A stretch of DNA of 64,000 nt, taken from contig CAZCNB010000004.1 in NCBI GenBank assembly GCA_964500465.1, positions 1,160-65,159 of the forward strand, given 5' to 3'. Below the pieces are notes generated by a model, which saw nothing but the letters and a program-made list of their open reading frames with translations, searched no databases and was not told the DNA's origin. The stretch is from an uncultured Candidatus Saccharibacteria bacterium. GTDB lineage: Bacteria; Patescibacteriota; Minisyncoccia; Phycocordibacterales; UBA9973. A program made the position numbers and the translations under genes. Positions within the stretch are counted from its first letter, which is position 1. Every line of letters starts with the position of its first letter. Of this stretch, positions 26,662 through 36,231 are shown one piece after another.

Positions 26662-27573
26662 ATGGCAAACAGGCACCTTTCACGTTCAATCGTTCTACAA
26701 ACACTCTTTGAGTGGGATTTTGGTGCACAAAAAGATGTAACTCCAGAGGAAATGTTAAGTCACAATATAGAAGAATTCGGTCCAGGACTTGATGATTCTT
26801 CTTTTATGAGCGAAGTTTTCCTAGGTGTTGTAAAGAAGAAAAATATTATTGATGAGATAATCGAAAAGGCTGCTCCAGATTGGCCAATAGAAAAAATCTC
26901 CGTTGTCGATAGAAATATCCTTAGATTGGGATTGTATGAATTACTTTTTGGTGATCGGACTCAAGTTCCACCAAAAGTGGCTATAAATGAATCTATTGAG
27001 CTTGCTAAGAGTTTTGGTGGAGAGAATTCTAGTAAATTTATAAATGGAGTTCTAGGTGGTGTTTATAAAGAACTTGGAGAACCAGGTAAAGACGATGTTG
27101 GTAAACCAAAAATTAAAATAAAAAATCAAGAAACAGATCCTAGTAAATTCCCAATAGAAAAAAAAGCTGGCGCAGTAATATTTTCAAAAAATAATGGACA
27201 GATATACTTTGCTTTTGTTCATGATGTGTTTGGATATTGGACATTATCTAAAGGCGGAGTGGAAGATAATGAAGATGTTGAAGCAGGAGCAATCAGAGAG
27301 ATAAAAGAAGAGTTGGGAATTGATATTAAGATAAAAGAAATGCTTGGTCAAAACGAATATGTTGCTACTCATCCTGAAAAAGGAAAGATTAGAAAACAAG
27401 TAACTTTTTTCTTAGCTGAAGCAGATTATGGAGATATTGAATTAAAAAATACATCAGGTGGACTTGATAACGCTAAATGGTTTCCGATTGAAGAGATTAC
27501 AAGTCTTAAAATGTATGACAATATGATCCCGCTTCTTACAAAGGCAATTGAAATACTAACTAAGGCAGAATAA
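26662..27573 (+). CDS. nusB: NusB antitermination factor fused to a C-terminal Nudix hydrolase domain
   Basis: The N-terminal ~140 aa (MANRHLSRSIVLQTLFEWDF...RLGLYELLF) is NusB. The C-terminal part contains a perfect Nudix box, GGVEDNEDVEAGAIREIKEELGI (G-x5-E-x7-REUxEExGU). Confidence 0.85.
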   Translation: MANRHLSRSIVLQTLFEWDFGAQKDVTPEEMLSHNIEEFGPGLDDSSFMSEVFLGVVKKKNIIDEIIEKAAPDWPIEKISVVDRNILRLGLYELLFGDRTQVPPKVAINESIELAKSFGGENSSKFINGVLGGVYKELGEPGKDDVGKPKIKIKNQETDPSKFPIEKKAGAVIFSKNNGQIYFAFVHDVFGYWTLSKGGVEDNEDVEAGAIREIKEELGIDIKIKEMLGQNEYVATHPEKGKIRKQVTFFLAEADYGDIELKNTSGGLDNAKWFPIEEITSLKMYDNMIPLLTKAIEILTKAE

Positions 27574-27577
27574 CATT

Positions 27578-28273
27578 ATGGTTGATTTATCAAAATTTGA
27601 AGAGAAGACCAAGATAATTTTTAAAGACAAAAAGCTTCTAGAACAAGCGTTTATTCACCGTTCATATATAAATGAAAATACAGGACTTAAACTTTCACAC
27701 AATGAACGTTTGGAATTTTTAGGAGATGCTGTACTTGAACTTATTGTAACTGATCACTTGTACAACAAGTATCCTGATCGTGATGAAGGTGAACTTACGG
27801 CTTATAGGTCAGCGTTGGTAAATGCAGTTATTATAGGAGAGGTTGCACAAGATCTTGGTATGAATGATTACTTACTTCTTTCTAAAGGTGAAGCAAAAGA
27901 TGTTGGAAGAGCTCGAAGTTATATACTTGCAAATACTTATGAAGCATATGTTGGAGCAGTTTATATTGATCAGGGTTATGAAAAAGCACTTGAATTTATT
28001 TCGAAAACACTATTTGGGAAAATAGATATAATAGTTTCTAAAAAACTTTGGCGAGATGCAAAAAGCTTAGTCCAAGAAAAGGCCCAGGAATATCTAAGTA
28101 TTACTCCATCATATCGTGTAATAAGTGAGTCAGGACCAGATCATGACAAACATTTTACAGTTGGAATATATTTAGGAGAAGAAAATATTGCTCAAGGTAA
28201 GGGTAAATCAAAACAAGAAGCTGAGCAGGCTGCAGCGCGTGCTGCATTAGAAGCTAAGGAATGGCTTGATTAG
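27578..28273 (+). CDS. rnc: Ribonuclease III
   Basis: The RNase III signature ERLEFLGDAVLELIV is present, with a C-terminal dsRBD. Confidence 0.95.
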   Translation: MVDLSKFEEKTKIIFKDKKLLEQAFIHRSYINENTGLKLSHNERLEFLGDAVLELIVTDHLYNKYPDRDEGELTAYRSALVNAVIIGEVAQDLGMNDYLLLSKGEAKDVGRARSYILANTYEAYVGAVYIDQGYEKALEFISKTLFGKIDIIVSKKLWRDAKSLVQEKAQEYLSITPSYRVISESGPDHDKHFTVGIYLGEENIAQGKGKSKQEAEQAAARAALEAKEWLD

Positions 28274-28277
28274 TTAT

Positions 28278-30521
28278 ATGACACTTAAATCTATAGAGCT
28301 TATAGGTTTTAAATCATTTGGACGTAAAAGCGCTGTGTCGTTTACTACACCCATAACCGCTGTGGTTGGTCCCAACGGGTCTGGTAAATCTAATATAGTA
28401 GAATCTATAAGATTTGTACTGGGTGAGCAATCTATGAAGTCTCTTCGTGGTAAAGGAGGAGCTGATTTGATATTTAAAGGTTCTAAGGGTTTATCTTCGG
28501 GGAACCATGCCAAAGTTACAATAATTTTCGATAATAGTAAAAAGATATTTTCTTTTTCTAATAGTGGATTAGGTGTTCCATTAGATTACGATGAAGTATC
28601 TATTTCTCGAGAGGTATTTACTGACGGGGTAAATAAATATAGCATTAATGATACTGAGGTTAGACTCAAAGATATAATAGACTTACTTGCTTCAGTTAAT
28701 ATTGGAAGCTCAGGACACCATATAATTTCTCAAGGTGAAGCTGATAGAGTGCTTAATGCATCAAATAAAGATCGTCGAGCAATGATAGAAGATGCTCTAG
28801 GTCTTAAAGTTTATCAATACAGAATTCGCGAATCGGAAAGAAAACTTGAAAAAACAATTATAAATATGAAAGAAGTTCAAGCTTCAAGACGTGAACTTGC
28901 ACCTCATTTAGCATTCTTAAAAAAACAAGTTCAAGTTATAGAAAAAGCTCGTGAGATGCGTGAAGACTTAAAACACCTCTACAAAAACTATTTTTCTGTT
29001 GAAAATTCTTATATAAAATTAGAGTCAAAGAGATTGAAAGATTTAAGACACTTTCTTGAAAAAGAAATTCAATCTATTGAATTAAGTATCTCAAATCTTA
29101 AAAAAGATAAAAATGAAAATAGTGTCGAAAATGAACATTCAAAACAGATAAGAGAAGAAGAATCTAAGTTAGTTAATTTGCGTAGTAGTAAAGATGAATT
29201 AACTAGAAAACTTGGGAGAATAGAAGGTGTTATTGAAGGAATTGAAAGGGAGATAAAGAGAGTAGAAGAAAAGGAAGAGCGGGTAGTTGATATAAAAGAA
29301 TGGCAATCAATAGTTGATCATATTAGTGATCGCATTGATCAAGCATTACAATTAGAAGATTTATCTCAAATAACAGATATTCTGAAAGATCTAAAAAGTA
29401 AGATAAAAAGTATAAATAGTATAGGTAAAGAGAATAAAATTGACGAGAAAATAGAAAAAGAATACCTAGAAATGAAAACAATTAAAGATTCTATTCTTTC
29501 GGATCTGGAAAAAATAACAAACCAGGAAAAATCTGTACTATCTGTTATTTCTGATTTACGTGAAAAAGAGAAAGAAATTGAGCTTTCACTTCGTGAAAAC
29601 GAAAGAGTATTTTATGAATTACTTGGTCACAAAAATGAAATTAATTCACAAATTCATTCTTTGACTTTTGAAGAGGAGAAACTTGCTATGGTTCAAAGTG
29701 CTTTCCACATGGAATTTGATGAAGCAAAAGTTCTCATTGGTCATGAAGTTTCTGATTATCTAAATATTGAAGTTGAGATTGAAGTAGGTCGTTCCACCCA
29801 AGAAGAACTTAGAAGAAAAATAGAGCGTATAAAGATAAAACTAGAAGATATTGGTTCAGGTAGTGGTGTTGACGTAATGAAAGAATATCAAGAAACTGAA
29901 GAGAGAGATCAATTCTTGGCTAGAGAAATTGTAGATTTAACTAAAGGAGTAGAGGACTGCAGGTTGCTTATCGCTGAATTAAAAGAAACTTTAGATACTG
30001 AATTTAAACATGGAGTTGAGAAAATAAATAAACAATTCCAAGATTTCTTTGCTTTAATGTTTGGCGGAGGATCAGCCTTTCTTTCTGTGGTTATGGAACA
30101 TAAAAAATCAAAAGTTCGTGATGAGGAAGAGGAAGAAAATGATGATGAAGAAGAATTAGGTTTTGAAAGAGGGATAGAAATAAATGTAACTCTACCTCAC
30201 AAAAAAGTTAAAGATTTGCACATGCTATCTGGTGGGGAAAGATCACTTACATCTATTGCACTCCTTTTCGCTATTTCTCAAGTTAACCCACCTCCATTTT
30301 TGGTTTTAGATGAAACAGATGCAGCTCTTGATGAAGCAAACTCTAGAAAATACGGAAATATGTTAGAGAATCTTTCTAAATACTCTCAACTAGTAGTTGT
30401 TACACATAACCGTGAGACAATGTCCAGAGCTCAAGTCTTGTTTGGAGTAACAATGGACTCATCAGGTGCTTCTAAACTTCTTTCAATCCACCTAGAAGAT
30501 GCAAGTGCATATGCAAAATAA
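28278..30521 (+). CDS. smc: SMC-family chromosome segregation ATPase, short form (~748 aa) with no recognisable hinge
   Basis: The N-terminal Walker A is FTTPITAVVGPNGSGKSNIVESIRFVLG. A long coiled coil follows. The C-terminal signature is LSGGERSLTSIALLFAIS...FLVLDETDAALDE. The protein is about 400 aa shorter than typical bacterial SMC. Confidence 0.8.
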   Translation: MTLKSIELIGFKSFGRKSAVSFTTPITAVVGPNGSGKSNIVESIRFVLGEQSMKSLRGKGGADLIFKGSKGLSSGNHAKVTIIFDNSKKIFSFSNSGLGVPLDYDEVSISREVFTDGVNKYSINDTEVRLKDIIDLLASVNIGSSGHHIISQGEADRVLNASNKDRRAMIEDALGLKVYQYRIRESERKLEKTIINMKEVQASRRELAPHLAFLKKQVQVIEKAREMREDLKHLYKNYFSVENSYIKLESKRLKDLRHFLEKEIQSIELSISNLKKDKNENSVENEHSKQIREEESKLVNLRSSKDELTRKLGRIEGVIEGIEREIKRVEEKEERVVDIKEWQSIVDHISDRIDQALQLEDLSQITDILKDLKSKIKSINSIGKENKIDEKIEKEYLEMKTIKDSILSDLEKITNQEKSVLSVISDLREKEKEIELSLRENERVFYELLGHKNEINSQIHSLTFEEEKLAMVQSAFHMEFDEAKVLIGHEVSDYLNIEVEIEVGRSTQEELRRKIERIKIKLEDIGSGSGVDVMKEYQETEERDQFLAREIVDLTKGVEDCRLLIAELKETLDTEFKHGVEKINKQFQDFFALMFGGGSAFLSVVMEHKKSKVRDEEEEENDDEEELGFERGIEINVTLPHKKVKDLHMLSGGERSLTSIALLFAISQVNPPPFLVLDETDAALDEANSRKYGNMLENLSKYSQLVVVTHNRETMSRAQVLFGVTMDSSGASKLLSIHLEDASAYAK

Positions 30522-30523
30522 AA

Positions 30524-31396
30524 TTACTCAGTAGTCTGGGTAATTTTATTTTGGAGAGATTCCTCCTCTAATTTTTCTTTCAAGAACTCGTTTATTGTTT
30601 GTTTTTTATTGATTATTTCTTTTGCATTATCTATACCAACATATCTATAATGCCAATCTTCGTTCATATATCCTGTTATATCTTCCTTGTTTTCCGGGTA
30701 ACTCTTAACAAAACCATAATCTTTTGCATTTTCTTCTAACCACTTGTCTTCTACACTATCTTTAAACTTTGTGGTTGCAGACACGTTTTTTATTGAAGCC
30801 CCAGTTAAATCTATTGCAACTCCTAATTGGTGTTCTGAATGCCCAGGTTTAGCTATTAGTCTGCGAGCATTTTTATTACCTAATTTTATACTATTTTCTA
30901 GAATTAGTTTTTGCATTGAATAGCTTCTAAATCCAGATGTAACCTTTATTTCATAACCATCCTCCTTTGCTTTATTTATCATTTTTAATAATGCTTCAGC
31001 TGCGTCTTTTTTTAGGCATATGTTACTTGTAGTTATGTTTTTATCAAGCAGTATTAAATCTGATGGTACGTAGGTTTTGTCTGGAATACTTATTTTTTGT
31101 CCAACATTTAGGTATGTATAATCTTCGTATTCTTTTTTTGGAGTAGGGCAGTCTGTAATTTTCTTTTTTATTGCTATATTTTTGTTCTCTGTCGTTTCTG
31201 GTACTTTTTGTTCTAAATGAGATTTCTGAGCAATGGATTCTTTATCTGCAGTAGCTACTGATGCTTGTTGGTTTTCTATATTTATATTATTCAAGCTAAG
31301 TAATACAGGTTTTATGTAATATGTGAATATGGAAAACCCTCCAACAAATCCTATTAGTGCCAATATTATAAATAATATTATAGATTTAAATTTCAT
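30524..31396 (-). CDS. D-alanyl-D-alanine carboxypeptidase, VanY / peptidase M15B family, membrane-anchored
   Basis: It has an N-terminal TM helix. The Zn-binding motifs are SGFRSY, HSEHQLGVAIDL and EDWHYRYVG. Confidence 0.85.
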   Translation of the reverse strand: MKFKSIILFIILALIGFVGGFSIFTYYIKPVLLSLNNINIENQQASVATADKESIAQKSHLEQKVPETTENKNIAIKKKITDCPTPKKEYEDYTYLNVGQKISIPDKTYVPSDLILLDKNITTSNICLKKDAAEALLKMINKAKEDGYEIKVTSGFRSYSMQKLILENSIKLGNKNARRLIAKPGHSEHQLGVAIDLTGASIKNVSATTKFKDSVEDKWLEENAKDYGFVKSYPENKEDITGYMNEDWHYRYVGIDNAKEIINKKQTINEFLKEKLEEESLQNKITQTTE

Positions 31397-31398
31397 GT

Positions 31399-32109
31399 TT
31401 AATGTATTATATCAACAGGATTTGCAAAAGAATAACCCATTTCTTCTATAGTGCTAAGCAAATGGTCAAGGAATTTTACAGTCCATTGATGTCCATGCAA
31501 CAAAATTATTTCTCCATCATGTAATTTATCAGTTATATTTTTTATGAATATTTTCTCTTGCCTCGAATTTTTTTCCCAATCTAGTGCAGAACCAGACCAA
31601 TTCATAAACACCATACCTTCCTTATTTACTAAATTTTTAGCATAAGTATTTATAACTCCATAAGGTGGTCGAAAAAATTTAGGTTTCTCTCCTGTTATTT
31701 CATATATTAACCTATTATTATCAAGAATTTCTTTTTTTATCTTATCATCTTTTATATGTTTTAAATTTAAGTGACTCCATGTGTGGTTTCCTATAGTAAA
31801 ACCCTTATCATGTATCATTTTTATATTGTCTTTAAAATTTTTATTATGTACTCCATTTATAAAGAAAATAGCCTTAGCTTTATGTTTATCAAGAGTATCA
31901 ATCAAATCCTTGTCTGTCTTACCAGGTCCGTCATCTATAGTAATTAGTACAACCTTTTTATTTAGACTTTTGTCGTTAGGAATTAAATCAAAATTTTTAT
32001 CTATATAATATCCAGTCTTTTTATTATTTTCTGCATAAACAAAACCAGTAAACGAATTAGAAAATATAACTAATAGTAATATTATTTTTGTAGCATTAAG
32101 ATATTTCAT
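31399..32109 (-). CDS. Polysaccharide deacetylase (NodB homology domain)
   Basis: The sequence shows ITIDDGP...GNHTWSHLNL and HGHQW motifs. A signal peptide is present. Confidence 0.85.
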   Translation of the reverse strand: MKYLNATKIILLLVIFSNSFTGFVYAENNKKTGYYIDKNFDLIPNDKSLNKKVVLITIDDGPGKTDKDLIDTLDKHKAKAIFFINGVHNKNFKDNIKMIHDKGFTIGNHTWSHLNLKHIKDDKIKKEILDNNRLIYEITGEKPKFFRPPYGVINTYAKNLVNKEGMVFMNWSGSALDWEKNSRQEKIFIKNITDKLHDGEIILLHGHQWTVKFLDHLLSTIEEMGYSFANPVDIIH

Positions 32110-34072
32110 AGTCTATTGTTTTTTTATTCCTATCAACTCCTCTTACTTTGAATTTTAGTTTATCACCCAAGGTGTATTTTCTATGAGTTTTCCTACCCCT
32201 AATACTCATGTATTTATTATCAAATTCATAATAGTCGTCCTTCAAATCTCTCATACGAACCATACCTTCACATTTAGTATTTTCTTCCTCAATGTAAAGC
32301 CCCCATTCTGTAACACCAGTTATAATACCGGTGAATGATTCTCCTATTCTGGTAGACATATATTCTACCTGCTTGTACTTTATAGAAGCACGTTCTGCTT
32401 CCGCTGCTTCCTTTTCACGGTGAGATGCTTCAGTACTCATCTCTTCATATTCAAACCAACGTTCTTTAGGTATAGTTTCATTTTTTAAGAAAGAGTTTAA
32501 GAGACGATGGACTATTATATCTGGATAACGACGAATAGGGGAAGTGAAGTGAGTATAAAATTTAAACCCAAGACCATAATGACCGATATTTTTTGTCGAA
32601 TAAATAGCTTTTGCCATTGTCCGTATTATTATACTGTGAACCGTATCACGAAGGGGATTGTGTTCAAGCTTTCCAATAAGTGCATTTATCTCTTCTGATG
32701 GTATTATTCCGTCTTTTAGTTTTACGTTATATCCTAATCTCTTTAAGAAAGTCACTAGGTCCTTCATCTTTTCTTTATTTGGTTTGTCATGAATTCTATA
32801 TAAAAATACTCCACCCTTATTTTTATTTTTTAAAGACATATATTCAGCTACTCGTCGATTTGCCAATAACATAAATTCTTCAATCATTTTATGTGTATCA
32901 CCACGCACTTTTGTATATACAGATAGCGGTACTCCATTTTTATCTAGTTTAAATTTTACTTCTTCTTGTTCTAACGATATAGCACCTTCTTTAAATCTTT
33001 TTTTAAGTAATTTTTTACCTATATTGTTTAATATTGATAATTCTTGAAAAAACTGACCGTGACCATCATCTAATACTCTTTGAGCATTTTCATAGGTAAA
33101 ACGCTTATCTGAATGTATTACTGTTCTACCAAACCATTCACTATGAATTTTTCCATGGATGTCTATTTCGAAAATAGCTGAAAATGTAAGCCTGTCAACA
33201 TTAGGGTTGAGACTACAAAGTTCATTAGAAAGTTCTTCTGGAAGCATTGGAATAGTCCTATCAACTAAATATACAGACGTCCCTCGTCTACGCGCTTCTT
33301 TATCTAAAGCAGAATTATTTCTAACATAATATGAAACATCAGCTATATGTATTCCAATTTCAAAGTTTCCATTTTTCAATTTTTTAAAAGATAAAGCATC
33401 ATCAAAATCTTTTGCATCTTCTGGGTCAATAGTAAAAGTAGTGGTTGTTCTCATATCTTTTCTACCCTTTAGATCTTTCTCTGTTATGCCATCATTTGCG
33501 ATTTTTTTTGCTTCCAAATCCACGCTTTTCGGAAATATTGCATCAAATCCTTTCTCTAGTGCAATTGCTTCCATTTCAGCATTGTGTTCCATTGGTTCAC
33601 CTAAAACTTTGCTCACTTCACCAATAGGTGCTCTCTTAGCATCTTTCCAGTCTGTAATAACTACGAAAACTTTCTGGCCTAATTTTGCTCCATTTAATTT
33701 GTTTTCTGGAATTACAATATCAGCATACATTTTCAGATCACTTGGTATTAAAAAATAGGTATCGTGTTCACGCTCAAGTATTCCTGAAAAACCAATTTTA
33801 GATCTTCTTATGACTTTGACTACTTCTCCTGTTTGATCACCATCTCTTTTTTTAGGATGTAGTATTACTTGTACAGTGTCGCCTTGGCATGCTGTTCTTA
33901 GAAAATTGTGGTCTATTTCTATTGTGTCATTAGTATGAGGTATTCTAACTGTACCTACACCTTTATGTGATATATGCATTATCCCTTCAATAGGCCCGTT
34001 TACGTGACCATTTCTTACTACTTTTTTCTTTGTAGATTTTGAGAATTTCTTCCATTTTCGGTCCTTTTTCAT
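32096..34072 (-). CDS. rnr: Ribonuclease R (RNB family 3'-5' exoribonuclease with a C-terminal S1 domain)
   Basis: The RNB catalytic motif is DAKDFDDALS...VYLVDRTIPMLP. N-terminal cold-shock-like domains and a C-terminal S1 domain are present. Confidence 0.9.
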   Translation of the reverse strand: MKKDRKWKKFSKSTKKKVVRNGHVNGPIEGIMHISHKGVGTVRIPHTNDTIEIDHNFLRTACQGDTVQVILHPKKRDGDQTGEVVKVIRRSKIGFSGILEREHDTYFLIPSDLKMYADIVIPENKLNGAKLGQKVFVVITDWKDAKRAPIGEVSKVLGEPMEHNAEMEAIALEKGFDAIFPKSVDLEAKKIANDGITEKDLKGRKDMRTTTTFTIDPEDAKDFDDALSFKKLKNGNFEIGIHIADVSYYVRNNSALDKEARRRGTSVYLVDRTIPMLPEELSNELCSLNPNVDRLTFSAIFEIDIHGKIHSEWFGRTVIHSDKRFTYENAQRVLDDGHGQFFQELSILNNIGKKLLKKRFKEGAISLEQEEVKFKLDKNGVPLSVYTKVRGDTHKMIEEFMLLANRRVAEYMSLKNKNKGGVFLYRIHDKPNKEKMKDLVTFLKRLGYNVKLKDGIIPSEEINALIGKLEHNPLRDTVHSIIIRTMAKAIYSTKNIGHYGLGFKFYTHFTSPIRRYPDIIVHRLLNSFLKNETIPKERWFEYEEMSTEASHREKEAAEAERASIKYKQVEYMSTRIGESFTGIITGVTEWGLYIEEENTKCEGMVRMRDLKDDYYEFDNKYMSIRGRKTHRKYTLGDKLKFKVRGVDRNKKTIDYEIS

Positions 34073-34135
34073 ATAGATAGTATATCATAGAGATTCGGGC
34101 TTGATTCATATAATCCTTTATGGTAGGATACGCTC

Positions 34136-34441
34136 ATGCTAAAAATAAGATTACAAAGAGTTGGACGTAAGAATGATGCATCTTTTCGCGTTGTTTTGAC
34201 TGATTCTAAGAACTCAGCTAAGAGTGGAAAATTTAAAGAAATTCTCGGATCATATAACCTTAAGACAGGGGAAGTATTGTTTAAAAATGACCGCATCTCT
34301 TATTGGATGAAAAATGGTGCCCAGACTTCAGATACTGTTTATAATTTCCTCGTTCAAAAGAAAATAATTGAAGGAAAGAAGAAAAACGTACTATCTAAAA
34401 AAGCTCCAACAAAAGCTCGTAAAGAACTAAAGAAAGCCTAA
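34136..34441 (+). CDS. rpsP: 30S ribosomal protein S16
   Basis: MLKIRLQRVGRKNDASFRVVLTDSKNS... shows conserved bS16. Confidence 0.9.
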   Translation: MLKIRLQRVGRKNDASFRVVLTDSKNSAKSGKFKEILGSYNLKTGEVLFKNDRISYWMKNGAQTSDTVYNFLVQKKIIEGKKKNVLSKKAPTKARKELKKA

Positions 34442-34446
34442 TAAAA

Positions 34447-34470
34447 TCACCCAAAACTGGGTGATTTTAT
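34447..34470 (+). terminator. Rho-independent terminator after rpsP
   Basis: The stem is tcaccca - aaac - tgggtga, followed by ttttattt. Confidence 0.55.
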
Positions 34471-34572
34471 TTAATATTGCAAGTAAAAACTATGCTATGT
34501 TATAATTGTTCCTAAGCAGGTTGTAGTCGATACACTGCAAGATTTTAAGAATAATACGATAAGACTATTTAT

Positions 34573-34905
34573 ATGGCAGATGATAAAGCGTTTCTTGAAT
34601 ATATTGTAAAAGCATTGGTTGATCACCCACAAGATGTTGTGATTGATAGAACAGTCGATGAAATGGGAGTTCTAATTACAATGACAGTTAATAGTGCAGA
34701 TATGGGTAAAATCATAGGTCGTCAGGGTAATACTGCAAAGGCAATACGAACACTACTCCGAGTGATTGGAATGAAGAATAACGCTCGCGTAAACCTAAAA
34801 ATTAACGAACCAGAAGGTAGTACTCACCAAGCACCTGTGCAACAATCAGCAAGTGAAGCTTCAAAGTCCGTTGATTCAGCGTTGGAAGATTTGAAGGGAA
34901 TTTAA
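34573..34905 (+). CDS. KH-domain RNA-binding protein (YlqC/UPF0109 family)
   Basis: The GXXG KH motif reads IGRQGNTAKAIRTLL. Its conserved position is downstream of rpsP. Confidence 0.8.
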   Translation: MADDKAFLEYIVKALVDHPQDVVIDRTVDEMGVLITMTVNSADMGKIIGRQGNTAKAIRTLLRVIGMKNNARVNLKINEPEGSTHQAPVQQSASEASKSVDSALEDLKGI

Positions 34906-34920
34906 TTAAAAATAAAAAGA

Positions 34921-34950
34921 CCCGCCGGTTACCCCGGCGGTTTTTTTTTG
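34921..34950. terminator. Strong bidirectional rho-independent terminator
   Basis: GC stem ccgccgg-ttacc-ccggcgg is followed by T9. An A-run precedes it on the opposite strand. It sits between the KH gene and the convergent ORF 34959..35288. Confidence 0.85.
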
Positions 34951-34958
34951 ATGTATTC

Positions 34959-35288
34959 TCATCCGTAGTTTATTGCCCACTCCATCCACTGATCAAAGTT
35001 AACAACTACAGATGTCATATTTATTTTTTTCTCTTTGACTATTTTGCAAAAGAATTTAATCCATCCCTGCTGCACTTCCATCTGGTCTTGGTATGGGAGT
35101 ATCCTTACTTTTTCGTAAACTCCTTTTAAATAATTACCTATGTAGTTTATTAAAGTCTGCGTGTCCCTTTTTAACAACTCGTTTGCAAAGATAGAATTTT
35201 CATAGATATTTTGGTTTCCGTATATAAATTGCTTATGGAGTTCCTCTATCAGAGAAACAACATCCATTTTTTTTAGATTTTTTACCAT
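34959..35288 (-). CDS. Hypothetical protein (109 aa) of no recognisable family. It is inserted where rimM normally sits.
   Basis: It is an ORF with a clean intergenic context and a terminator at its 3' end. No motifs were recognised. Confidence 0.45.
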   Translation of the reverse strand: MVKNLKKMDVVSLIEELHKQFIYGNQNIYENSIFANELLKRDTQTLINYIGNYLKGVYEKVRILPYQDQMEVQQGWIKFFCKIVKEKKINMTSVVVNFDQWMEWAINYG

Positions 35289-35363
35289 ATCCTAGAGTAT
35301 TTTCATAACTATACATCTACACCAAAAACTGTCAATCTGTCGATTTTATGTTATATTTACCCT

Positions 35364-36053
35364 ATGAATTTCCACCTAATTACTTTATTCCCAGAAATGT
35401 TTGACTCATATTTAAAAGAGTCTATTTTAGGACGAGCAATAAAGCAAAAAAAGATAAAAATATCGTTTATAAATCCACGCATGTATGTCGGTGGTAAATA
35501 CAAAAAAGTTTGGCCAGATGGAAATGTATCAAGACAAATTGACGAACGACCATATGGAGGAGGGCCTGGCATGGTTATGATGGCAGAACCTATAATAAAA
35601 GCTGTTGAGTCAGTTACTAAAAAATTGTCTAAGAAAAAAAACTCAAAAATTCTAATAGTAAACTTCATTCCTTCTGCATCAAAATTTACAACCAAAAACG
35701 CGAAAAATATTTCTAAAAAATATACAGATGTCATAATGATATGTGGCAGATATGAGGGGATAGATGCTAGGGTAGATAAAATACTAAAGACAAAAAAATT
35801 TTCTATAGGAGATTATGTTCTAACAGGAGGAGAAATTCCTGCTATGGTTTTGATTGATTCTATCTCTCGTCAGATAAAGGGAGTTCTTGGTAATTTTGAT
35901 TCTCGTGAAGAGGAGAGGGTTTCTAGTAGTGAAGTTTATACAAGACCGGAAATACTAAAATATAAAGGTAAGATATATAAGGTACCCAAAGTCCTACTTT
36001 CAGGAAATCATCAAAGCATAGAAACTTGGAAGTCTAGAAAGTTTGACAAATAG
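35364..36053 (+). CDS. trmD: tRNA (guanine37-N1)-methyltransferase
   Basis: MNFHLITLFPEMFDSYLKESILGRA... is the TrmD SPOUT N-terminus. Confidence 0.9.
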   Translation: MNFHLITLFPEMFDSYLKESILGRAIKQKKIKISFINPRMYVGGKYKKVWPDGNVSRQIDERPYGGGPGMVMMAEPIIKAVESVTKKLSKKKNSKILIVNFIPSASKFTTKNAKNISKKYTDVIMICGRYEGIDARVDKILKTKKFSIGDYVLTGGEIPAMVLIDSISRQIKGVLGNFDSREEERVSSSEVYTRPEILKYKGKIYKVPKVLLSGNHQSIETWKSRKFDK

Positions 36054-36231
36054 CTATAAAAAGTATAGTATACCATCCAGATTGAATTAGATTGAGTTAT
36101 GGCAGAATCAATCATATTTATAAGCCTTTAGGCACTAATTGTGTTAAAACAAAATAACTGCCAAAATCAATAACTTACAACAATAAGGTTTGGTCACCTT
36201 AGTGTTTTTCTTTTGTTAAAAATTTCAATAT

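Noticed and set aside
35357-35734. Minus-strand 125-aa ORF overlapping trmD
   Set aside because: It overlaps a confidently identified TrmD. Its translation is low-complexity and has no motifs.
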